From contig NMRA01000377.1 of assembly GCA_002633005.1 (NCBI GenBank), forward strand, positions 188,031 through 252,030: 64,000 nt of DNA, given 5' to 3'. The DNA is from Phoronis australis. Lineage: Eukaryota; Animalia; Phoronida. This document shows positions 12,122 to 25,159 of the stretch, piece by piece. A program made the position numbers and the translations under genes. The stretch's first letter is position 1. Each line of letters opens with the position of its first letter. The notes below the pieces were generated by a model, which was given only the letters and a program-made list of their open reading frames with translations, did not search any database and had not been told where the DNA came from.

Positions 12122-12503
12122 GGCACACAAAAAAAACAGATTCAGAGAATTTTTGCAATTGGCCTAGGGTCATGTCTCATGAAAAGCTAAGAAATAGTCA
12201 TAACCACACACGGTTATATGGCTGATGAATGTGGCGCACTGAGAATTAGATTCCACAGACAGGCAGCCATGGCGATTGCGAATGTAGCACATTTCAATAG
12301 ATGATTGATTTTCTGCAGAACAAATATGTTACACACTTTATCAAGGGTTGTTCAGTAAGACTAGGTATGACTAGGTACACCAATATTTGCCCATGGATTC
12401 CACAATACTGTGGGTGAGCGAGCAGAATGCACTTTTGATCATATTCTAAGTTTTATGCCAGTGGACAGGAGATGGTAATGTTCAGGAGTATCATTAAACT
12501 CAC

Positions 12504-12633
12504 CTGTTTCATCAGTGACCTCTGCGTTCCCATCCACGCTGGTATCAGACTTGATACGCATGCCTCGCTGTGTGGCCTTGGACAGTAACATTACCTGGTT
12601 ATCTCGTCCAAACTTCCACTTTTCATGTTCCCA
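12504..12633 (-). CDS. RP1: RP1-like exon 8: beta-trefoil 1 start (WEHEKWKFGRDNQVMLLSKATQRGMRIKSDTSVDG..)
   Basis: phase 0 to 1. Confidence 0.88.
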
Positions 12634-12997
12634 CTAAAGTGAAAAATATGGAAATTAGAGCTAACAGTAATCCTATGACAACAATTATTATTATCATCAT
12701 TCATTACACATTATCATCATCATTTATATTATTATCATTGTTTTCATCATTATCTTATCATCATTATTGAGGCGGTTAAGTAAAATCTCATTTCTCCATA
12801 AAAAGCAAATATGTAGCACCAAATCAATGCTTTTCAATAAACCTAGTATTAAACAAAATTTATAGGCATTTGCAACTGTTACAGTGTTAGAAGCTTTTGA
12901 AAGATTTGTCAATTATTTGCGTCAAAAATTAGTGAGACTTTCTGTATTATGATCATCTCTAATGTTAGAAGTCAAAACCACTCTCAGTACATATTAC

Positions 12998-13170
12998 CAT
13001 TTCGCGCTCAATCTGGTCTTGGTCGTATTCATCCTTGACCTTGACCTCTCTGACGATCCGTCCATCGTCTTCACCAGCGTCCAACCATCGATTACACCAG
13101 AACACAAACTTCTCTTGGTCATCATCAGATGGGTTACGAATAACGACCTTCTCAAGGAACCATCCATCAC
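12998..13170 (-). CDS. RP1: RP1-like exon 7: PLAT2 end (GDGWFLEKVVIR..CNRWLDAGEDDGRIVRE..EM)
   Basis: phase 1 to 0. Confidence 0.93.
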
Positions 13171-14917
13171 CTGAAAGATGACAATAGTAAATTCACCTAA
13201 GTTGAAATAAACCTGTTTGACATTTTACCCAATACGAAATTCGGTTTACATGTTATGGACGAGTTTATGAACCCGGACCATCAAAGCACAGATCATAAAC
13301 CTGGTCTATCTAATGTTGTTTAATGTTGTAAAAGTCACTGAAAGTAGCTTGCTTTTTCCTGTCTTCTTGCCTTAAGTCATAGATGTCTCCAACTGCCATG
13401 TATTATTGAACCCAGTTTCGTTGTAACAACTTTCAATACCACTGACTCATCTTATTACGGAAAAATCTGTACCAATCTAAAAAATTAATATATGTACACC
13501 AGGCTTTTCATGCAAATATTTTATGCAAGATGTATAATTGCAACTCTATGTGAAATAGACACATAATATGTGATTCTCGGTTGGTCTATCCCAATAACTG
13601 AGGTTTAACTCAATGCCTAACATGACCTCAGCCAAGTCTTCATTAGTTCAATAGTTGTGATTGTCAATACTCATGCCAATTCCCAGATAGCAATAAAGAT
13701 AATCACCCATTATATGACAATTTTTCTGCCGAAAAACACTGAACTGACCTCGACATCTTTGCTCAAAAAAGACAACGGTAAAGTTAGAATTTTCATTGAA
13801 AAAGCCACGTTTCAACATTCAGGAGTGGCATAAATGAGTATAAAATCACCAAAAAACATTGCACTACATTTAGCAACGTCATATTTCAATAAAACCATTT
13901 CCTTTAATTTCAAGCTCCACACAACACTATTTATAGATCAAACTAAAATTGCAACTTTGAACTGAAATTTCAAGTTAGCAGTGATTCTTCAATCCCTCAA
14001 TGAACTCCACTCGGTCCATGAAATCGGAAAACTGACTCACACTAATAAAAGTCTAAAACTAAGGGTTCCACCCCAAAGCAAGAACCAAACAAATGTTGTC
14101 CAAAGATGGCGCCGCATGTGGCTCTGGCGTTTTTACATTTTTTGTCAAATTGTTCGAAATATTGAATCTTCTATACAGCAATCCACATCGTAAAATGTTT
14201 GCACAGTAGAAACTTCAGACAAAGCATGAATAACCAAATGGAAAATAAGAACTGAACAATAAGAGTATTCTTTAAAAAGGTCAAGAACATGTATTTTGTC
14301 TGAAGTAAATTTTAGATATAGACTGCTAATTGTTCTAAACTTGTTCCTTATTCAGACAAGAAATGACTTCAGGATTTGCAAAGAACTGACAGTAATTCCC
14401 CATCACCACGGTTGCCGTGCAAAATGACGTGCCGTGACAAGTAAACAATGTACACCTTAATCTCAAGAAATACCAATCTGCCAGCTCTTTCAAGGTGCTG
14501 AAATCTCATCCAGTTTAACTAAGAAACAATTTGAGGCCAATTCCATAATGGTAAGTGGTCTCTAAATCAAAAGCTTTTTTGGGGATGGAAGGCAGGGTCT
14601 GCTGTTTTAGTCAGAAATTTACAACCCTATATTAGTTGGATGGTCGACGTACATTATTATTCACCCACATGATTGAATAATTAGATGTGAAAAAGTTCAA
14701 CCAGTCACAAGTTCTGGAACTTATATTAAATTTCCTGATGTTGTGGAACCACTTTTGTGCAGTTGCATGAAACAGTCCCACATAGGGTCTCGACTAATTT
14801 CCCTAAATATGTAGAAAACAAATCTGAAACTAAATAATGCGATCCAGATCCTCTCAAGGGTACTATTGTTTCACGAAATGTAGAATATATGTAGGTAAAT
14901 AAAACAACAAGAATGGA

Positions 14918-14960
14918 TCGACTGAAATTTTCGGATATAATAACATCCTTCGTCAACAGA
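14918..14960 (-). ncRNA. Degenerate minimal hammerhead ribozyme motif
   Basis: uUGACGA-A-GGAU..AUCC-GAAA-AUU-UC; the first core C is mutated. Confidence 0.5.
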
Positions 14961-15065
14961 TTGAAACAGAAATAAAGTAAAATCAAAGACTATATGACAA
15001 TTGACATTTAAGATATGGTGTAATGAATGTCAAACATTGTTGCGGAAAAAATTCAGTAATATAAT

Positions 15066-15468
15066 TTAAGAAGTTTTTATGTTCAATCCATGAGGTTCAA
15101 GTGTATTGAGCTTGTCTATCCAATATTGTTCTCTTTTGAGTCTGTGAGGGGTATTGGGGTGTTGGAGTATTTCTGTTATTTGTACAGAAAGATCTTGAAG
15201 ATTATGGTTTTTTGAAATTGAAATGATTACCTATAGAATCAGAAATGTTTTTATGTATTATGTTAAATTTATGTTTACGAAACCGAGTTTGTAGATTATG
15301 TTGAGTTTGTCCTACGTATTGGATAGAACATTTTTTCATGTTATAAGTTAAATAATATTGTTGGTGGTGCAATCAGAATAATGTTTTATTTCAAAGTTTT
15401 CATTGGTTTGGGAAGACTGAAAGAAAGTACTATCGTTGATAAAGTTACACATTTTGCATCTATCGAGT
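15066..15468 (-). pseudogene. Penelope-like GIY-YIG endonuclease pseudogene
   Basis: RCKMC..DCTTNNII*LIT/KKCSIQYVGQT..RFRKH..HF..H..REQYWIDKLNTLEPHGLN, with one stop and two frameshifts. Confidence 0.9.
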
Positions 15469-15756
15469 AAAGAGTGCTCGTATTTGGGACTGTTTCATGC
15501 ATCCAGGTGCTGTCTCCTTCAACCGGGGATTGAAGACTTATGGTACAGGACCTTGCAGTTTTTGTTTCTGAAGATCAGCAAGGAGTCAGTCAACGGCAAA
15601 GTCCTGGACCATGAGCGATCAACTCCAAGTAAAAGGAGCCAGGTGGCTCCACAACATCAAGAAATATATTTTATAGTACATTCCAGAAGTTGTGATTTAT
15701 ATTTTTCACACTCATTTACTTAGTTCAAGTTATTTAGCATAGCACTCAGTCATTAC

Positions 15757-15835
15757 CTGGCTCAGCACCATTGTGACCAATCAGAATTTTCCTTAGATTA
15801 CCCAATGAGACAGCTTCAAGAGAGATGACTGCAGT
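15757..15835 (-). CDS. RP1: RP1-like exon 6: PLAT2 middle (TAVISLEAVSLGNLRKILIGHNGAEP)
   Basis: phase 0 to 1, tttgcag acceptor, gtaatg donor. Confidence 0.9.
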
Positions 15836-16386
15836 CTGCAAATAACAGTGACAGTACATTGTCACAGCAAATCAATAATGAAACAATTTGAACAAATACA
15901 CAAAGCCGGACTTGATGAATTAGTGAATGGGCTAAATATTTACTCTGAAAAGTTAACAATCTCTGATGTCAATGACTTTTATGAAGCATTTCTGACTACC
16001 TAAACTTAAAATTAAACAGCTACAAAATAGAAAATCAATTAACAAGCACGGAAATTACACAACAGTTAAATAGAAACACATCGAATTGCAATGCCTAATT
16101 TCTATATAAATGAAATTTGCAATGGCAAGAATTTTCAATTTTGTTCTCAGCATGATGTTTTATCAGATGCAAATTAAATGGACAAAACACCAGCATGTTA
16201 TTTGTAAACAAAACATAATTCATATTCTTATGCTTACAGTCAACACGTTGGTCGCTTTTTAAATTAAGACATATGGTTACCCTGTGAACTTACTTTCCTA
16301 CGTTTCTGTGGAGAATTTATCAGTAATGTAACTGCTGCATGATATATATATTTTGAAAACTTATCTCATGGAGACCCTGATGACTA

Positions 16387-16807
16387 CTGTATTGCGGTGC
16401 CTGGACATACATCCAAAATAATGCCTTTTTGCGTCCTTTTTTACCCCATTCAAGTGATTAGCATAGTGGTGTATGCGCCAAAGTTTTGCATATAAGCCCA
16501 TGTAATGTCCCTTGCATAGGCCCACACCTTTATTTGCATATGGGCGCATCTGGTTTGACAATGGCTGTGTATCTTAATTTTTTTCTTTGCCTCCGTATTT
16601 TTGGAGTTCGCAGCGCATTTTCAAGAAATCTGGTAAATACGCTAGCACCATAATGTCACAACTTTAGGCCCACTGGCCTTTACCTGAAATAATGACTTTT
16701 TTCATGCCCTTTTTTGCCCATTAAGTGATTCGCAGTTTGGTGCATGCGCTTAGCAAGTTTCCAATATAAGCACAAGCACCCATGGCCCTAATGGCACGGC
16801 AACACGG
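16387..16807. mobile_element. TA-flanked MITE (Tc1/mariner/pogo-type)
   Basis: termini CTGTATTGCGGTGCC and GGCACGGCAACACGG, TA on both sides, relative at 44165-44592. Confidence 0.75.
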
Positions 16808-16848
16808 TAATATATTAACAATTATATCATTTGGATTGCTTCTATTAC

Positions 16849-17000
16849 CTGTCCTTTTGAGAACATCTTCAACTTCTTCAGCTGGAACAAGTGGCGCACC
16901 CCTGTGTCTCCACGCTCACCATAGACTGTCATGTAGACATTAGCCGTAGTGCCCGCATTCCACAGATCACCAGTAACGATCGACACCTCATATGATATGA
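16849..17000 (-). CDS. RP1: RP1-like exon 5: PLAT2 start (ISYEVSIVTGDLWNAGTTANVYMTVYGERGDTG..KGQ)
   Basis: phase 1 to 0. Confidence 0.93.
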
Positions 17001-17171
17001 CTGTAATCATGTCAAATTACGAGTGACTGAAATTCACATTTTAACAACTATCATAATTCATAATGCAACTTTGTTGTGATGGACCGTCTTGAAAAACCAC
17101 CTTATCTTCTCAGGATGATGGACAAAATTCCTGAGCAAACTGCAACTTTTTGTCCGGCACAACATGCGATT

Positions 17172-18251
17172 CATAGGTGGATTTAGGGGGGGGCCCGGGC
17201 CCCCCCTTGGCTGCCGCAAAAAAATAAAACAGCAAGAGCGTAGGGAAATGTTGAGTTTATTAATTAACCCAGGTAATTAAAATTATACGGATGAAACAAG
17301 ATTTAAATGTGTGCAGTTTTAGTGTTTGGGGGGGATCAGATCCAATTTCAAGTGTCAAATTCGGAACTCGGCGCATTCGTAACGGAACTATAGCAAAGTA
17401 TAGGCTCTCCCGCGATATCCCAGGTGACCGGCAGTGGCGATGCGCACTACGACTCTGTTTCCGTCGTCTGCTCCACTGTGCTATGAAGAAAATTTACTTC
17501 ATTTTTTAAAGAAAATGGAATCTGAGTGACGATGAAAAAACAGAAGTTGTTGGTAAGATGTGAATTTTAATCGAAGCCTTAGTGAATCACTCAGAAACTC
17601 ATAATTCTCTCTTTGTCAAACCTTAACTTAAGACGATTTCCAAAGCAATCCCGTCATTATTGCCAACACGAAAAACGGATTTGGTCTTTTGGGCATTTGA
17701 AGACTATTCTAAATACAACAAATTTGTTAAGACCCAATTGCACAAAATATAAAACATGTAATAAACATTAAAAAATGAAGTAGGTTTCGCGCGCAAACGC
17801 TGTGGACCGCACACAAGTAGGTTTCTAAATATAAGATTATTCGTTAAGTCGTGTTGGTGTAGTGGTAAAGCATGCGCGGTCTATTCGCTAGGTCGTGAGT
17901 TCGAGTCTGTGGAACGTACAATTTTTTCTGTTTTTTCTTGTTTTTTTTTTTNNNNNNNNNNNNNNNNNNNNNNNNNNNNNNNNNNNNNNNNNNNNNNNNN
18001 NNNNNNNNNNNNNNNNNNNNNNNNNNNNNNNNNNNTTTGTTTTTTTTTCTTGGATAATACTTTAGGAATCAAGGAAAATGCTTGATTTTTAGAGGAAAAA
18101 ACAGAAAAATTTCCTGGGCGGGAGGGGGGTTTGCCCCCCTCCTGACCTCCCCTCATTCGGTGCTATATGCATCAACAATCGTGGTTGGTGCAAATGCTTA
18201 CAGCCGCACAAAATGTTGGGCCCCCCTTGTGATATCCTAGATCCGCCACTG
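17172..18251. mobile_element. Non-autonomous TIR element (hAT-like) with possible 5-bp TSD CGATT; contains a gap and a tRNA-derived fragment
   Basis: termini CATAGGTGGATTTAG and CTAGATCCGCCACTG, GGGCCCCCC subterminal motifs. Confidence 0.75.
17848..17910 (+). pseudogene. tRNA-derived (SINE-head-like) fragment
   Basis: A-box TGGTGTAGTGG and B-box GTTCGAGTC; no complete cloverleaf. Confidence 0.5.
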
Positions 18252-18632
18252 CGATTTCAGGCCCATGCATATTAAATCTATGACATGCCTAACGACTCAA
18301 GGCGTTTGCTTGGCGTTTCTGATTGACAAGCCTATTCAAATCCGTGACAATACTGTGATTGTCCAGTTTAGAGTCCCTGAAGTCACTAAGATTGAATGAC
18401 GACCATTGTGCATAGTCATTTTATGTCCTGATTGTTTTTTAATTACACAAAAATTCTTCACCAACCATGATTGAGACACTGATCTTTATGTCACATGACA
18501 ACTGTTCCAACAAAAATAAACAATCACCTTAAAAACCTGTCTGCCTCTACTTTTCAGCGGCCATCAATTACTCTTCTGAGACAATTTCAGAATGCAATAT
18601 TTCACTGTTTGTGGTAAAATACAAAAACTCAC

Positions 18633-18650
18633 CTGCAGTAGTGAAAAATC
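18633..18650 (-). CDS. Candidate 18-nt microexon (GFFTTA) or recursive splice point
   Basis: ttttaaag acceptor, CAG|gtgagt donor, phase 1-1 matches the host intron. Confidence 0.3.
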
Positions 18651-18908
18651 CTTTAAAACCATGTGTTAATAAAATCAGTCTTGTAATAATTAAAATGCTG
18701 AAGATTGTTTCACCTATTAAAGTCACACAACAAGAAAAATCTTGCCATAAAAAATGCAAGCCAACTGCAAAAGAAGACCATGTTGTAAAATAACCCTTTG
18801 CTATCACATGCAATATATATTCTCCATAAATAAATTATATTCAATTTAATTTCAATTATTATTACAGTAATTATAATTATTATCATCATTATCAAAATAA
18901 CACCATAC

Positions 18909-19128
18909 CTGGCAACACAGGTTCCCCCTCGCGTAGGACGGGAACCTCACGCACAATCTCTCCATCATCCTCCTCACGCGATAGCCACCTGTGGCAGACA
19001 AATGTAAGATCCTCCTCCGTCTGTTCATCCACCATGTGCACCTGGTCGCAGTACCAGCCCGGATAGTCGCCAGCATTATCGTGCGTCAGACGGATTTTGT
19101 AGATCTCACCAATGGTGCCCACATTTAT
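18909..19128 (-). CDS. RP1: RP1-like exon 4: PLAT1 C-half (INVGTIGEIYKIRLTHDNAG..PVLP)
   Basis: phase 0 to 1, PLAT motif. Confidence 0.93.
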
Positions 19129-19935
19129 CTGTAACACGAGAAAACATGTCAGCCATATTGTGGTGCCAACTATTCGGGGCACACATGAAAGAGCTTAGTA
19201 AATGAGCCATGAAATTGAATTAAGAAAAAATCTCTGAGGACGTTCATGCAATCCTGACAACGTTCCAAATTCATTATAGCTCTATAGGTATTTTCAATCA
19301 TGGTATCACCAACATATAACCACTTTTAACTTTAATATTAAAAAATTGTATGCAAACAACAAGAAGTTAAAATTTTATAATTATTCTCTGACAAAGCTGT
19401 AATTCTCTGGTCATCGAGGTTATAAGCATAATAGTCAGGATGACACCAGGCACATTGATAACAAGACTGATTTACTATAGAAATAGGAGTACACATAACC
19501 TTAAAGAAATACAAAACTCTGCCAATTTAACGCAAAGCTGGCTGTCATTAGCAGTACCTTCTATGACAAATAACAGCATCTTCAACTGAAACAAACTCTT
19601 GCTCTGTTCATGTAGAAACGCCCCCTAGTGACCTCATTATGATGCTCATAACAGATTTGTATGAATTTAGAAATCAAAGTCTGCAGGCTTTCAGGAAACA
19701 TACGCTTGCATGAAATCAATTTCTATAATTTTGCAGACATTTACTGCACAGACTTGTTGATCAGGTCGTAAATAACCTTCATAGTTGTTAGTAAGTTGGA
19801 AGCATGTACGGTATACCTTTAAAATATAATGGCTGCTGGCACACCATCAAGTTTTATCTGTTTATTACTATAAGAAACACGGAAACCGGGTCTAACATTA
19901 TTATTTTTCCACACCACAGCTCTTTCCATTATTAC

Positions 19936-19977
19936 CTGGTCACACGCAATTGCGGGCTTCGCGGGCTTGAATTTGGC
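19936..19977 (-). CDS. Candidate 42-nt cassette exon (AKFKPAKPAIACDQ)
   Basis: long T-rich tract then caacag acceptor, CAG|gtaata donor, phase 0-0 matches the host intron. Confidence 0.45.
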
Positions 19978-20538
19978 CTGTTGATTTGTAGTTGAAGAAA
20001 AACAAAACAAAACAATGAAAACAGACAAAACACAATAAAAATATAAATCAGCATAATGGAAGAATTACGAGTAGCAAACAACACTAACAGAAACACAAGA
20101 AAAAAAATTAAACTTAAAAGTGTGCAACTTTAAACGCAAAAACACTGAGTTGCATATTAAATTAAACAATCAAAACTGAAGCATTGTTCACGACACCGTC
20201 AACTAGCGTGAGTTAGCGTGTGCCAGGTGAGTGGTTCCAGGAGGTTAATGAGAATCAGGATTTCCTTCACATTGTACTCCTGTGTGAAACAACTTAGCAC
20301 TCGAAATGAACATTCACATGCCTTGAAAACGAGATGCTCACAACCTTTTTCATTGTGATTTCAACACTTCAACATTTCTGTCAAGCTTTGAAATGTCAAG
20401 ATCTAAAACGCACTTACAACGAAAAAGCAATGCGCGAAAACAAAATACAAGAATTGAAAACAGCAGCACTGCATTGCTAAAAGAAACAAAAATCATGTGC
20501 TGCACTAACAGAACACGTCATCGCTCCAAAACTCATAC

Positions 20539-20702
20539 CAAGAATTCATCAACCTCGCCACTGCTGAATGTGCCATCGTTGTTTGCAACCAGTGGTATGG
20601 CACCCGAGTTCCCCTTGTGGCCGTAGACAGTGATGGAAACGTTTGCCGTAGTTCCTGCAGATGGCAGTTCGTTTGTTGTCACCCACACCCTCCATTTTCC
20701 AC
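20539..20702 (-). CDS. RP1: RP1-like exon 3: PLAT1 N-half (GKWRVWVTTNELPSAGTTANVSITVYGHKGNSG..DEFL)
   Basis: phase 1 to 0, PLAT motif. Confidence 0.93.
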
Positions 20703-21696
20703 CTAAAGTTAGCAAAACTAAAGAATTGTAACAAAAACAACATAAAAGATAATGCACAAAAAAGAAGATTGGAAAAATGTAAAAGAAAACATTCAAATCA
20801 GCAACTGAAATTCTTTAGATGAAAATTCAGTGGGTAAAAATTGCATTTCATTAGAAAACCCAAAATCAAAATTACACTGCTCGCCTCAACAAAATAAGCC
20901 CCAAAATTTGGTAATAAGTCACCACCAAGAGACCAGGGTTTTGAGAACCAGTTTCCTGCACAGAACAACAAGCATCAAACTGGTTCTCAAAATCCGAGCA
21001 CACATGAGGGCTCAAAAAGAACAACCAGACCACCTACCGTTCAAAGTTTAGCAAATCCAAGGGATGGACACGTCATTCACAATTTAACTGCTATCACTCA
21101 CCCCCAGGTCACCCTCTCAATTCCAAACTGAATGTTGAAAACTAAGAATGCTGTGATGAGAGTTTGGCTTAAGGAAATGGATGCAACGTGCCCACATTTT
21201 GAGAACCAGTTTTCTTCACTGAATAACCACACCAAACTGGTTCTCAAAATGTGGCACTTTACACCTGACTATTGTCACTTTCATTACCAATGATCCAATA
21301 ATTTTATAAGTATTAATTTAAAAGTTAAACTCTTTAAACTATATTTTTTAGATCATTCATAATCACAAGAATGTTTTGTGCACAAATATAATACCATTCA
21401 CTACTAACTACTTTTATCTACAAAAATTGTGACTTTTCAAAGAGGTCACCGTAATTTCCCGAAAACACATTTTTTGCACAAAGTTTGTAAATTCTATTTC
21501 TTTTTCTATTGCCTACACAAGTGTGTCTGTGATTTTCTTTTAAGACCTTTTAAAAGGATTTTAGTTTTATGGGTCTAAATACTTAAAAAATTCTTTAAGA
21601 ATTTTGATCCATTGTACTTTAAGTAAATAATTCTTGTTTTTTTAGTCAAACACTAAGTGGAAAAATAAGTGCAGCTTGAACTAACACGTGACTTAC

Positions 21697-21888
21697 GTGT
21701 GCGAGACAGTCTGTCTCTTCGGTCACTCGGCACGTCGGAGATTTTAGAGGTGAAGTTGTTCTTACGTAGAAAAGGCTTCTTAACCTCTGCTTGTGGTGGG
21801 GGTATTGTGAGAGGCTTGAAGCGTTTTNCTTGGCAGCCGCCACGAAGACGTCATCAGAGCCGTTGAAAATAGCCGATAAGCTCCTGAT
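21697..21888 (-). CDS. RP1: RP1-like exon 2: end of DCX2 (IRSLSAIFNGSDDVFVAAAK..RFKPLTIPPPQ..RLSRT), apparent frameshift at N 21828
   Basis: tttatag|ATC acceptor, C|gtaagt donor. The DCX tail VFVAA.K.RFKP and the downstream phase are restored only if the N hides an indel. Confidence 0.85.
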
Positions 21889-22364
21889 CTATAAACAAGT
21901 TTTGTCAAAATCTACAGTGAAATATCTTCTCAAGTAGGCCACCATCACAAGTCATTTAAAGCTGCTAAAAGGTCACCATTTGTCTAATCATTTAGACTTC
22001 CTACCATTGATCTCAACTCGTTCATTTCTTATGGAATTGAAGGTGATTTCTGTTCTTAAAAAAAGTTGATGGGTTGTTAATGCTCCTGACCAGATTACTA
22101 CAAGTGAATTGAATATCTCTCCCCATGCCCAGAAATTGCCTCTCATCTGAGCCTAGGAACAGGTAGGTATCAGTTTCACATCGGGACCTGGCAAAAATCA
22201 AATACATCAGTTTCAGAATCTAAAAGTTTCTTGACGAAAGATAATGGAACAAAACGACTTTAAGGAAAACAATCTGCACCATGACGGTAAATACGTGAGC
22301 TATTATGTGTAATCATATCTTGCTAAGATTTATTCCCAGGAGAAAATCAGTCTATTGATCCATC

Positions 22365-22378
22365 GTCACCATGACAAC
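22365..22378. promoter_or_regulatory. X-box-like GTCACCATGACAAC in the first coding intron
   Basis: 14-bp imperfect palindrome. Confidence 0.3.
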
Positions 22379-23220
22379 AAGCAAAAACAAACCAAGCAGG
22401 AGAATTTCTTTGCAAAACATAGCATGCCGTTTTAATTACCGGTTGTCATTCACACTCCACCAATTAGTGGGTAAAATGTAATATGAAACCTTTTTTCTTA
22501 CCGGTAGCCTTCTTAAGATTGACTCAAAATTGGGGTGCATTCCATACATGTAAGAATCTTGTATGAATGAATAAACAAAGTCATGTGCAGTAATATCACG
22601 CAAATGAAAAATGACTGTTTTGCAAGTATGCTTGTGACTTTACAAAGTGTAACTCATTTAAATAAGAGCCACTTAAAAGTAATTGATCGGTGAGGTTGGA
22701 CTATTGAATTATGACCATAGACTTCAATGTTTCCATTCTAAAAGGGAAGTGCCTGTCTGATGCCTTGTGTCTACAAAACACAACACTGATCTATTTGTCT
22801 GCACTGCAACTATTATTAATGAGCAAAATTCAACTGAGTCAAGCATTATGAAACAGTTGAAAATTAATGCTTATTTTGGTCAATGCATAAAAATCAATTA
22901 CAGGGGTCCCACATTTTAAGAATGTTTTCTCGACTGAATAACAGGCATTTAAGTATTTCTCGAAATCCCGGATCCCGAAAGTGTCTATTGGAGGTCCAAA
23001 ACTACATGGCTGACACGTATCTCAAGATGAGTCTAGATTTTTTATTTACTTATCCTGGAATATAGTCAGAGCCAGCATCTAGACTAAGAGATAATTTTAA
23101 CTACCGCAAAACTGAAATTAAAATATGAGTTTCCGAGGCATCTAAAATGAGAAACATGACATGTCCTTTCCCCACCACCATACAAAATTACTAAATTTTG
23201 GGAAAATCTCAATACATCAC

Positions 23221-24050
23221 CAGGGCTGCCAACCCATTTAGAGCATAACCTGTATTCTTCATGTTAAAAATCCGTAATTTGCAAGTGAAACCTTGAACAA
23301 TTTCTAATATTTTCAGAAAGCTTAAAGTTCATAGTTTGCAAGATGTATTGATACACACCAAAACAACAATTTATAATTTCAAATCATGTTGAACAAAGAA
23401 GTAGCATTACGCAATAATTCAGCTCATCACATCGACGTTTTTCAGCTTTTGCTGTCAACATGGTTGATTTCTTCCCACAAAACCACGGCCCCACAAATCC
23501 GGATATCTCATAATTCCCGATTCATAATGGTGTTGTAGCCATCAGGGTTCTCAGTATTGAAGACAACGTAATTAAACACGATGAACTCTATTCCTGTTTT
23601 CTTATTGTAATCTAATTCGTCAGTAAACTCGCTTCTTAAATTTTGCTCTAGACTTCCTAACACAATTTCCAAAAAACACACGATATTCCACAATGCAAAG
23701 CCAAGTAAGCGCATATTTTCATTGGCCAGTCTTTCACTGAAACTGCAACTGACCAATCATAAAAGGGAAATCTTGTATGTAAATTGAATTCTACACTCAT
23801 GGTGCTCACGATATGTCTTATTGGTCAAATCTTGCATTCTCGACAATTTGCTATAAGTTCCTGCCTTGATCTTCGTCGATCTGGTGCTTTGAAACCTTGA
23901 CGATTTTAAAGATAAGTTTAACTTTTAGCAGATTATTTTTGATAAAAATAAATGCTCAAAATCTGTAACATTTGAAAATCCGTATGTAGTGATTTCTAGG
24001 CCCTTAAAGTACATAGAATACGGATAAATCCATAACAGTTGGCAACCCTG
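23221..24050. mobile_element. hAT-like MITE
   Basis: TIR CAGGGCTGCCAAC / GTTGGCAACCCTG, subterminal AAATCCGTA motifs; no clean TSD. Confidence 0.75.
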
Positions 24051-25159
24051 AATCATACAAAATGTCTGAATATGATGAGTTAGGTCAAACAAACAAACTT
24101 GGCTCCAGCCTATGTTTTCCAAAAAAGAAAATTTACCAGATAAGAGCTAAAACTATATGGGAGTTGGCATAAAACCTTGCTTATGTGCCTCTGTGCTGAG
24201 CTTTAAAACAAAGAGACCTGGGCTAGAATTTATAGGGGCCGGCATTTCTTTTACAGTCAGTGTACAGAACAGAACCAAATTTATATTTTTGGCCTTAATC
24301 TAGAAATTGATTGTTCTGTTTCAATTTAAGGCTCAGTGATATATACATAAACATTGAAACATTTATAAGTTTCTGAAATCAATAATTCAGTATGATAGGA
24401 ACAACTTTGAGACATCATCATTAAATTTCTTCATTGATAACTGACTATTTACATAACGTTTCCTTGAGTATGGTTTTCATTCCAAATGGGTTAATTAATT
24501 ATTCATTTGCAAACGCATTCAGATCAGAACAAATTGGTTGACCTTGAAAAACCATGCACGGAACAAATCTCCATGGCGACAAATATTTAAGCAAATAAAA
24601 ATAACTGAAAGTAACCTACTGTATGTAAAGTAAATTTGATATATGGTATCTATTAATTACACTTTCTAAAAGAATACTTGACTTAACAAAAATAGACTGA
24701 AGAAATTCATATAAGGAATCATGAGGAGATAGACAATTGAATCGATAGTTTTTGTGAAATTCAGAAACTGCATTTGTGGAAAGTGCAATATTGATTGAAA
24801 TATAATGACACAAAACCAGAATAGTCTAATAGTCACCCACAGAGGGACCTAGAAATTCTTGGTAATGTAAAGTTTTTTGATCGTTTCATGTTGAGGTAAC
24901 CACCCTGAGTTGTAATCGTGACCAGAGCCTTTAGTTTTATGATAGTGTTAATAAGTGCACAAGCGGCACGTACCCATGGAAACCTTTATGTACTCAAGCA
25001 CAGAATTATTGACACTAAGCTTGAGTTCAAAAGTAGTATAAAAATTACCAAAAATAATTTTGAGTGCGAATTCAAGTAAAATGATTAGATCTCAGTTTCA
25101 TACATTTTGTGGTATAAAATTTACACCAGGCCGGCGCTCAAAGACACGGCCTCTTTTAA

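Larger units (their letters stand above)
14680..15720 (-). mobile_element. Decayed, 5'-truncated Penelope-like retroelement with inverted flanking repeats
   Basis: GIY-YIG endonuclease remnant; 14683-14790 is inverted relative to 15476-15502 and 15641-15712. Confidence 0.85.

Noticed and set aside
17848-17910. Functional tRNA gene
   Set aside because: A and B boxes only, incomplete stems, located inside a MITE.
1548-20702. Calling the PLAT exons a separate LOXHD1 gene
   Set aside because: They join the DCX exons in phase and include beta-trefoils, which fits the RP1 family better.
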